A DNA stretch of 62,684 nt, the filler included, from Chiloscyllium plagiosum (lineage: Eukaryota): assembly GCF_004010195.1 (NCBI RefSeq). It is 3 parts of one record of this genome, joined end to end, with 100 filler letters (N's around TTAATTAATTAA, not from the genome) between each part and the next. Parts side by side here need not be neighbours in the genome. Positions count along the whole stretch, not along the records: positions 52,232 to 62,684 come from NC_057712.1; 2 more parts are not named here. One strand, written 5' to 3'. A program made the translations under genes and the position numbers. Of the stretch, positions 52,973 through 62,684 are shown piece after piece (the stretch's first letter is position 1; each line of letters begins with the position of its first letter). The notes under the pieces are model-generated. The model was not told where the DNA came from. It did no database searches and worked only from the letters and a program-made list of their open reading frames with translations.

Positions 52973-53256
52973 AATTTACCTAACCTGCACATCTTTGGAT
53001 TGTGGGAGGAAATCAGAGCATCCGGAGGAAACCCATGTAGACACAGGGAGAATGTGTAAACTCCACCCAGACAGTCACCAGAGATTGAAATTGAACCCAG
53101 GTTCCTGGCGCTGTGAGAGAGCATCCGGAGGAAACCCATGTAGACACAGGGAGAATGTGTAAACTCCACCCAGACAGTCACCAGAGATTGAAATTGAACC
53201 CAGGTTCCTGGCGCTGTGAGGCAGCAGTGCTAACCACTGAGCCACTGTGCTGCCCA
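52973..53256 (-). mobile_element. HE1-type SINE with internal 103-bp tandem duplication
   Basis: SINE head at 53256; 53015-53117 repeated at 53118-53220. Confidence 0.85.
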
Positions 53257-53570
53257 TAAAGGGTCATTGAGGTGCGTAAAAAAATATAGGTTAGCATAGA
53301 GATATGAAGGATTATGGAAGGTGGATACAAGAGACATAAGGTGGTATGGAGAGTATGAAGGGTTTGGGTGCAGGGCATGAGTTAGAATGGATGGGGCCTG
53401 GGAAGTCTGTCAGAGGGACGAGGAAGCTTGTAAGAATGGATTTTCTTTTTTATTTCTGTTCATAATGCTGGACTCCATGTCAAACTTTCTACACAACCTG
53501 TCTCCTTACGCAGAAGCATTCTCACTACATCTGTTGTCACCCAGGCCTCACAGACTGAAAACCTGATGTC

Positions 53571-53645
53571 CATAGAACATAGAACATAGAACATAGAACA
53601 ATACAGCACAGAACAGGCCCTTCGGCCCACGATGTTGTGCCGAAC
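53571..53645 (-). repeat. (AGAACAT)n microsatellite tail plus extreme 3' end of a CR1
   Basis: catagaacatagaacatagaacatagaac followed by aacaggcccttcggccca, the shared CR1/SINE 3' end. Confidence 0.75.
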
Positions 53646-55790
53646 TTCTAACCTAACTCCATCTGCCACTCCTCAGCCCAGCTCTGCATCATATGTCCAG
53701 GCAGCCATTTTTAGAAGTCTGCTTTGAGGAGCCAGAAGTAGTTCTGACTCTCTGCACCTAACTTGCAAATGAAAACCCTGGTTCCAATATCCTGACTCAG
53801 AATAAATATCCACAAATTGAATAATCACAGAGCTATAGAGGTAGCTCAGCAGTAGAAATGTACCCAGATGTTAGAGAGAAATGCATTTGGGGACACCATA
53901 AAAAAAACTGAGAGTTTAGCTCGTATCTCTTGAGAAAGTCCTGCATTTACTTGATGTCCTTGTGAGGATCTGCTTCATTCATTGTGGCCTTATACCTCAG
54001 TAATGGTAAAGCCACAAAAATGTAAGATTTTCTGGCCCTTCTGTTATTTGCCTGCCCAAGATGACAGCATCAGCATGGTAGGGATTGTTAGGCTCCTGAG
54101 CCCAAATTCTCCAGGCCGGCCACATCTTTCTCTCTCTCTCTCTATCCCCCCTCTTTTCCATCTTTTTCATCTTCGGAGGTCATCAGCAGCAGTGTTGGCA
54201 ATGCCTGGATCGAGGATTCCGGCTTTGGTAGGCCTAGCTTGGATTCGGGAACTCAGTGGGTCGATGGCTTTGGTGGAGCTTGGTGCCTTGAGCAGGGCTG
54301 CATCCTTTGTGCAGTTCATGTGTGTTTGACATGGACTGGAGGCAAGTTCCCAGCACAGATTGGAAGCAAGGTCTGGTGCAGTCTCGAGGCATGCCCCAGC
54401 TTGGTCTGCTTGAAGGATCCGAATGCTGGATCTTTTTATTTCTTTATTTTTCTAATTTATTCTTAAGGTCAAGTACTTAGGTACCTTTGTACCTAAGATG
54501 GTGCTGTATGTGACCACGCTGTAAACTTTTCACTGCACTCATGAGTGCATGTGACAATATACGTAATTCTAATTCTTAAGATCAAAAACATCATCTTTAC
54601 TTTACAATCTGATCCTAAGCCTCCCAGACTGACCCCCAGGCATTCTGAATTTTCCTCCTTTGTAATCTTTTGCTCAACAAAAAAAAATACAAACCTATCA
54701 CACATTTGACTAAATATCAATACCAGCACTATGCATCCAGGAGTAAATCAGATCTAGCATTATTCATCCAGTTTCCACTCAACGTGAAGCTCAAAGCACA
54801 AATTCTCCAGTTACATGGTGTTAAGAAAGTTGGTTGTAATCAGATCTCCAATGTGCAATACAGCCTTAAGAGCAATGTGTGGTGAAAGATAACTACTGCA
54901 ATCTGGTTTCATATGAACATGTGCTCAGATCCTCTGTCTATCTATCTATATATACCAGATACAAAGTCAACTGAACCCAACTTTATCTAAATATGCAGCT
55001 GCTGTAGGTTGAGTTCTTGCGGCACTGATTTGAAAATAAACGTGCCTTGCATTTTCGATTCCACACAACATTCATGCATTCGCATGGCAAAAAAAAAATT
55101 GACTGGTCACTTGTACCTCTACTGCTTTCAAGACCTTACACTTTGCACAATTACTTTTTATTCACGAACACACTTCTAAGTAATATAATGTTTATTGTCT
55201 ACCTTAATGTGGTTCTTCAGAAACAACCCAATGTGCTCATAAATACAAAGGAGGAAAATTCAGTTCTCTTTTGCTTTACAAGTTGGTATTTTGTGGGGAC
55301 GTAGTTTTAAAATAGGGCAACCTCTAATCTAGGTTGCTTTCACAACAAATAGAGGGATTTAATTCAGGTTGACAATGGAACCCTAACTTATTATGATGAG
55401 CTAAATGTTCAGAAGCTTTAGAAATGTCAATCTTCCAAAAACCTCACCTGTAGATGATCATCAGCACACTATGCTACATAGTGGCTCTGTGTCTGTGATT
55501 CCTCACAACAGTGAGTACTGTACTGAACAATGTTGCAGTGGCAAAAAAATGAAGATGATCTAATTGTTTAATAACAGCTGGGAGGAAAACTAGTGACACA
55601 TGTTGGTAGTCAGTTAGAGAAGAGAATTGGTAGAAGCTGAGAACAGGTTTCTAAGCTGCCAGCTCAGCTGAGGGTGGGTGTGATGCTTGGGAAAATTTGA
55701 AAGGGAACAAGAAGGAGAAACTAAATTACAAGCAGAGTTCTCACAAATAGAATTAACAAATGGAGAATTGGTAAAAATAGAAAGAATTAC

Positions 55791-56264
55791 CTATCAGCGA
55801 TATCCCCAAACACCACAGCACCCAGTAGGACTCCAAACATAAAAATGGGCTGGGTGAGTTTTGCTAACCATTCCCTGTCACAGACTAGGTCCCACTCAGT
55901 CACAATGCTGTTTTCAATGTTGCTTTGATCATAGCTATAACCATCAGAGCAGGGATAACGTGTCCTGTTGCCTTTAAAGTAATTCATTAGCTCAAAGCTT
56001 CCAATTCTTTTGAAACGAACACATTTCTCAGCTTCCCAGATCTCTCCGTTTTCCATATGAGCGATTACACTGCGTGAATCTGCAGTCCACAAGTTCCACA
56101 AATCTCCAGGGCCCGCTGTAGTATTTGAAACAAGGATCGTGGTCACATTTCCAGGCAACTTGCACACGAACTGTGGTGTTACAGCAAGGAACACTGAGGC
56201 CAAATAGTGGATCCCACATGCTATAGTTTGGAAATTGACCACAAAATACACAGCAGCTTGGAAT
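55791..56264 (-). CDS. SLC22A16: SLC22A16 coding exon 2 (TM1, large extracellular loop, TM2)
   Basis: ORF 55787..56299 contains CGIHYLASVF, NGEIWE, C.DGY.YD and TEWDLVCDR...QPIFMFGVLLG..FG..ADR; ttttctag acceptor, GTAATT donor; 474 bp, in frame with exon 1. Confidence 0.93.
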
Positions 56265-56592
56265 CTAGAAAATACAAAGCCAGTTTTGATTATTAACAAA
56301 TGAAAACAGAATTGTATAGAATAATGCTATAGCAAAATTCAATAAGCTCTAAATAGGACCAAAAGCTAGGATAGGAAATAAATTAAATTTACCAAAACAT
56401 AATCTTAAAATATATGTTTTACATTTATATTCTTTTCATAAAAACATGATTTTCTCTATTTAAGCTGGACAGCATGAATGACAGTTTTCAGACAAAGCTG
56501 CTGTTAGTTTTTAAATCCTGCTGTGATTGCTGTTAAGTTTCTCTGAAAACAAAACGAACAAAGGCTAATAAGTACAAGAGCAAAGCATTTAC

Positions 56593-56645
56593 CTTCCAAA
56601 GTGGCCAAGTTTGTCAAAAAGCCTTTCCAGGGTCTGTGGTGCCAT
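56593..56645 (-). CDS. SLC22A16: SLC22A16 organic cation/carnitine transporter, first coding exon MAPQTLERLFDKLGHFG(R)
   Basis: tccATGG start context; SLC22 N-terminal motif FD.LG.FGRFQ; GTAAAT donor; 53 bp, phase 2. Confidence 0.9.
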
Positions 56646-58484
56646 GGAGATCAGTGGGACTTGTTGCCCTGCCTTTTCGGAAAGATTGAAAGTTTAAGAG
56701 GACTGAAAGTAATAGGAGATTTGGCATGAGGATAAAGTAAGAAGATAAATGGGGTATGGAGCAGCTTGAACTCCTCCCACAAACCGGTGAGGAAAAAGAA
56801 ACACAAATTGCATAAGCCATAGTTACTTTCTTTCCTTTCAATATTCATATTTTAAAACTTAAAATGGTTAAAATATTAATGTTATCATCAGTGTACTGTC
56901 CCTAAGAAACATCTTAATCCTGCTAAGAGACACATCTGTACCCCACCACGCTCACCACCACCCACCCACCCTCCAACACACCTTGTCTAGTTTCAACCCA
57001 TCAAAATTGATAAAACATTTAATTCAGCCACAGCTTTGAAATACTGAAATTACAGGTTTTTCTTTCCTTTTTCCAGAGCCTACTGATAATTTCATTTGGA
57101 ATATCTCATATCGAATAGTTTTTTTTGTTTCCCCAGCAGGTTTACTTACCCTACATTTATCACCGGTACTTGAGGGTCCCGTCACATTTTGAACTTATGA
57201 ACCTGATCTGAAAGCTGCATGACACAGTCATTGGAAAAAGTGTTACTTAACTTTTCATTGTTTTAGCACAGTACTGTAGGGGGATGACAGCTCTGTTCCA
57301 ACAGCAGCTTCTTGTTATATTTTAAAACTATTTTTTATTTAATTGTATGTTTTGTTATTCAGAGGCTGCTGTGTGGTAACTCGTGTCCCCCAAAGTTTCA
57401 TAAACCAATGATTACAGTTTTTAAAAATATTTTATTCTCATTGTAACCTTTACCTGACTTTTGGATTGACTTGTAATTTAGATCTCTGTAAATATTTGCA
57501 CCAGGAATGTAAAAGGACACCATGTGACCTGTACTTTTTACCCTCATAGAAGTGAAAATCATTTTGTTTCATAACAGAGATAACACACAGTTGTGCAATT
57601 TTCTGTTATCTTGTGGAACATGATAAACTAAAATATAAATGGTGCAGCCTGCCTTCCATGAATTTTTTACAGATTTAAACTGAAATAAATTAGAAACTGT
57701 CATTTCTCATGGGCAACTGGGAATGGGCAACAAGCATTGGTATTACCAATGATGCACACATTCAAAAACAAATTTTAAGTAATCCCTTCTTAGAGTTTCT
57801 GCAATTATTTTGTTTTCCTTTGAGGTTACCTAATCTTTGAAATATATTCACTGTTAAATATTTCCTATATATAAGTTGTGAGCAGAAAATCTACTTATCC
57901 TCAAGAAAAACCACAACATCATTATACAACAGATTGGTGAGATTCATGCTCACCATCAGACTTTCTCAAGGTATGAAGGGCAAATGTAACTGAGTCGCTA
58001 TAAAACTGAAAGGATTAACCTTGTTATGGATACCATGTATTTATAAATGCCTACATACTACAACTGAGCATCTAAACTTCTCCACTTCTCTATCCATGAG
58101 ATCTGTTCAGTCATAGATTCAATGCACAGGTCCATGGAATACTTCTCTCCAAACATGGATACCAGCCTGATGGCTTTGAGTAGATTGCTAATTAGAATTA
58201 AATTGATAACTTATTTTTGTAAAGGTAAAATAGTTTTACAGCTAAATACTGTAGTAAAGTGCTCCATTTTGAGATATGGCTCATCTTTACTTTTCTAAAT
58301 CAGCCATACAGCTACAGGATCACTTGTAGAGCAGGCTGGCTCCACACAGATAGTTTCAATAACCCACAATTCATGCAATTCAAGTACAGCAGAATTTTTT
58401 TTTTAAACAAGTGATTTGCTCTCAGAAATTTTTAATACATAAAATTTAATCAATGGTTTCCTACAAAAGCGCCCCGTCAGTGTA

Positions 58485-58602
58485 TGATTACATTAGATTC
58501 CCTGCAGTGTGGAAACAAGTCCACACCGACCCTCAGAGTATCCCACCCAGACCCATTCCCCTACCTTTATCCCTGACCAATGCACCTAACACTATGCGCA
58601 AT
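58485..58602 (-). mobile_element. HE1-type SINE 3' fragment
   Basis: Matches 1628-1765. Confidence 0.75.
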
Positions 58603-59129
58603 TTTGAGTATCTTAACCTTTTGAAGTCACAGCACCATTTTCTGGAAACTGTGAAATAGGATTAATTTACAGTGAGAACATCGTGCCCAGAATCTCCTTT
58701 ATCTTCTAGATCCTGAAGACTGTCCTGTGATGAGGGGCTGCTTGCTCTGATCATTACAAAACACGATTAAACAATGCAGGTAAGGTGCTAACGTGCAAAC
58801 ACAGATTAAAAGAATAGGAAAAAAGACAAGATAATCAAGAATTAATAAGAAACACTTTTAGGAAAGAAACATAATGCAGAAGATGGAACTTGACAGGAAC
58901 ATTATTGTAAATGAGTTAAATGCTGGCTGCGGAGGCATGATTCATACTTGTATTAATCTTCAATTTATTTCTAAAAGATGTCAAAGTAGTGCAAGGATTT
59001 ATAAGTCGAAACAAATGGATGCAAAATTGAGAAAATGTGTAGTGTAAGTTAAAACATTTTTTAATTTGTTTAACTTCTTGCTTACCCCCAACTCTTTAAC
59101 TTTACCTTAGAAGTTATGAGTTTTACGAG

Positions 59130-59660
59130 AATTCTGGCATGGCAGCACTGTCATATGAACAGAGACTGGATGGGTCAGGACTATTTGCACATTGGAGTTT
59201 AGAAGAATGAGAGGGGATCTCAGGGTAGCCTACAAATTTCTAATAAGACTAGGCAGGGTAGACAGAGCAAGGGGTTTTGAAGAAGCAGTTCTGAAGAAGG
59301 GTCACTGGACCTGAAACTTTAACTCTATTTTCTCTGCACAGATGGTGCTAGACCTGTCTAGGTTTCTCCAGCAATTTCTGAGGTCACTGTCTAAGAATAC
59401 AAGTTAGGCCATTTAGAGATTAGGTCAAATGTCTTCTCCGGTGGTGGGGGGGGGGGGGGGGGGGGGGGGTTGAGTCTGTGGAATTCTCTGCCATAGAAAG
59501 TAGTTGAGGTCAAAACATTGAACGTTTTCTAGAGGAGTTAGATATAGTTCATCAGGCTAAAGGATCAAAGGGTACAGGGAGAAAATGGGAACAGGTTGGG
59601 TGCTCAGTCCTCCTATTGAATGGTGGAGCAGACTTGAAAGACTGAATGACTTACTCCTGC
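59130..59660 (+). mobile_element. Old CR1 3' fragment with a nested short Penelope-derived piece (about 59275-59380) and a poly-G run
   Basis: ggagtttagaagaatgagaggggatct; ctgaagaagggtcactggacctgaaac. Confidence 0.7.
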
Positions 59661-62349
59661 TCTTGATAACCAAGTTTCTACATTTCTTTCTTGCACTTGG
59701 TATATGAAAACTAGCCCATTTAGTCACTTTCCATTTTGGGATCTTCCATTGTTACTTCTGACTTTCAAGTGAAGTAATGCAGTACAATATTTCAGATAAT
59801 GAACAATTTGCTTCTAGACCTTATAAAACAGCGTTCTCCAAGCAATAATAACACCTGCTATTTTGGACTGCACTGTGTTCTGCTGATTGGATGTTTATTT
59901 CTCTGGTAGGGGCCTATTTTCTGCTCAGCAGAGTTTTCTGCATTCTCTACCAGTGAAACATTAAGTAATCCAATTAGTTATCGCAAAAATCCACTTTAAT
60001 TAACAAACTAGAAATAACTTGGTGGATGTCTACAAATTACTGCTTGGCAATAGCAGCATTAGGACTCTGCAGAAAATGATACAGAAGCAATGGGCAAGTC
60101 ACATTTCACAAAGGCACAAGAGAAATGTCTACAAATGAGGCCATGCAAAGAAGGGTCTCTATATTTTATATATTCACACACTCAGAGACATAAAGGCAAG
60201 CTTGGGAAGAAATAGTGAAGTGGTTGAATGCAATTGCCAGGAATGAAAAAAAAACTTTGATGTTTCTAAGAGTTAATGCTGTTCCAGTAATAAAATAAAT
60301 ATAGAAAGACAAGGCTATATGGGCACTTCAGGTAAAAACTAGCAACAAACAGGAGCTGAGGAACGTGAGTCTTACTTTTGTCCCCAGGAAACTCAATAGC
60401 TTATGATATTGCAGCTGGCTCATTGATTCTAGAGAACAATGCTAAAATAATTATTATTACATTGAAATTTCTGAAAGTTTCCCAAGATATAAAAAGGTTA
60501 AAAAAGGTTCAATATTGTAGAAATTCATTGATATATTTACCAGGGCCATCATATGACTTGGCTGTACAGGTTCTGTCACCAAATTCATTAAGAGAAAGAA
60601 CTAACACAACTATGAACCCAAGAGTACCATGCTAGCAACAGCACAGGGAGACTATACGATTACAATAGACACATTATCACCAGCTATGCAACACAAATAC
60701 CCATGGCATATTGTGAATATTGAACTGCATCAGGACAGAGATGTAAAACACCCTATTGGTTCATGTGATAACAAATAGATACTGTACACTATCAGTCATT
60801 GTATAGTGCAGCTATCTACTGGACAAAACCTCTTGGTTGCCTAAGATGTTAGAAGTAGGCAAAACGGACCTACAAACATGCAGTGGAGCATACCATGCAG
60901 TAATTGCACACTGACATGCATAATACACTGACCTTTTGCTTGACTGGAATTTACTATGGAGCATAATATGAAACGACCTTGTTGACAGTTTGCAATCTGA
61001 ACTCACTGAGTGTTCAAACAACCTAGTGAAAGATTGCAGAGTACACTGACGCGTGCTTCTATAACATTGGAGCTGCAATGGAAATTGCTCTGATTACGGT
61101 TGTTGGAGATACTAGGGAATCCTTCTTGCAAAATATATGCAAGAGGTTTCAAAACATTGGGCAATATTTGCATTCCACTGGGTCCTGTCAAAATTTAAGA
61201 ATGTTAACTGGATTATCTTTAAGCACTGTCATCAGTTAGATGGGCACCTTTCAAAATCCATAGAAATGATTTTAATATTTAAGACAAGGATCCTCTGGTT
61301 ATTGTATATGGCTAAGACGGTTATAAGGCTGTCCTCCATAATTAGAGGCACTAAACCAATAGCATCAAAATTGTAACGGACTGGCACTCTAAATTCCATC
61401 ACTATATGATTTTTACTAAACTTATCTTAATACAGTCCCCTCTCTGTTGGTAGTGCAACCAAAGGGGACACATGAAGATCACAATCAGCAATTCAATCAC
61501 ACATCATGGAGCAGTTAAAACTGAAGTTATCACATTTAGAATCTGCAAATATGTTGGGTCTAATTTTCATTTTGCATAAGAGAATGGCTTTTGAGTAAGT
61601 TAAAATTAGACCCAAAATTATTTAAAACATTAAAATGATTACTAGTTTATGATTATTGTCAGTCAATCAATAAAACTGGATACTTTTATTCTTTGATACA
61701 ACTGCGTTTTTTGAAAATTATTTGTAACTTTAATGTCTATTAAGTGTGAAAATAAACCTATCGTAGTATTTAAGCACAACCTTTTCCCCCAAATAAAAGC
61801 AGGTTTTATTGTATTCAAACCATTTATTTTATCTTTCAGGTGACTTCGCCATGGCAATGGAAAAGGGAGAGAGTGCTTTAAGCAAACTATGGATATTAAA
61901 CTTCGATCTAGTCTCTCACTATGATGTCTCTCTCTCTCAGGAAGTTTGAGGTCCTCTTCATCCATAGCCATTCTTCTTCGATGGCAAGATTTATCTGTTT
62001 CAGATTATAATGTTAAGCAAAATCTATATGACATACTTTTCGCAATGAAAAATGTCCAGCGCCTCAGGAATGATGCAAAACCAAAAGATCAAAATTTATT
62101 TCTCTAATAACTCCTTTATATTTGCATACCTAATTATATCGGTATTCAGCTCTATCCTGAGGCAATTCAAAGGTGTCGAAATTCGTGTCCAATGGTGTAA
62201 TTTTAGTTCCTCAAAAAGCCAATCAAGAAATGCTTCTTTCATTCAAACTAACAGATTATACAAGACAATGTGAACATGTGTTGACACTAGAGATTTAACA
62301 GAACTGAAGGAATTTGTTTGATAAAGAAAGCACTTGCAATTGACATAGC

Positions 62350-62684
62350 TCAGCACTGTCCCCATGACTTGCACGGACTTGTCCGACCTGCCTAGCTCCT
62401 TTTCCACCTATCCACTCCACCCTCTCCTCCCTGACCTATCACCTTCATCTCTTCCCCCGCTCACTCATTGTACTCTATGCTACTCTCTCCCCACCCCCAC
62501 CCTCCCCTAGCTTATCTCACTGCCTTTATTCCTGATGATTCAGAGATGCCGGCGTTGGACTGGCCGATGCCGGTGTACAAAGTTAAAAATCACACAACAC
62601 CAGGTTATAGTCCAACAGGTTTATTTGGAAGCACACTAGCTTTCGGAGCAACGCTCCTTCATCAGGTGATTGTGATCACCTGAT
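62350..62684. mobile_element. Penelope family A fragment (+, to about 62538) abutting a family B end (-)
   Basis: Matches 1-70 and 23920-23997, and 24752-24840 respectively. Confidence 0.8.
62634..62668 (-). ncRNA. Minimal type I hammerhead ribozyme motif in a Penelope end
   Basis: Minus strand cac-CTGATGA-aGGAGCgttGCTCC-GAAA-GC-TA-gtg: full core, perfect stem II, 3-bp stem I. Confidence 0.75.

Noticed and set aside
55791..56645. SLC22A16 as a nested gene or processed pseudogene in a HACE1 intron
   Set aside because: It has an intact intron and splice sites, and no upstream HACE1 exons are visible to its right; a misjoin explains it more simply
59447..59468. Poly-G run (also G-rich 6311-6337) as a G-quadruplex element
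   Set aside because: Homopolymer expansions inside decayed CR1 copies, and prone to sequencing error
61663..61971. 102-aa ORF MAMDEEDLKLPERERHH...
   Set aside because: No recognisable homology and no convincing splice donor

Overview
Eukaryotic, repeat-rich draft-assembly window, most likely from a shark (inferred from HE1-type SINEs, HER1/CR1 LINEs and Penelope elements). The minus strand carries the last 13 coding exons of HACE1 (50819 to stop at 16316, covering the whole HECT domain). All splice phases join in frame, and a probable 3'UTR and poly(A) signal lie near 15540. Further upstream on the same strand are the first two coding exons of SLC22A16 (56645-55791). Neither gene is complete. 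They meet at a synthetic 100-bp scaffold spacer (N44-TTAATTAATTAA-N44, 52132-52231) flanked by two oppositely oriented copies of one CR1 family, which points to a scaffolding misjoin rather than a fusion gene. The rest is intronic or intergenic DNA packed with CR1 LINEs (two retaining ORF1 with an SGNH-esterase domain), SINEs, a solo LTR with a 4-bp TSD, a MITE, a CpG-decayed tRNA-Val(CAC) copy abutting a CR1, and several Penelope-like elements with inverted arms and minimal hammerhead ribozyme motifs. I found no convincing new biological system. The best leads are the possible tRNA-CR1 chimera, the hammerhead-bearing Penelope fold-backs and the HACE1/SLC22A16 junction.
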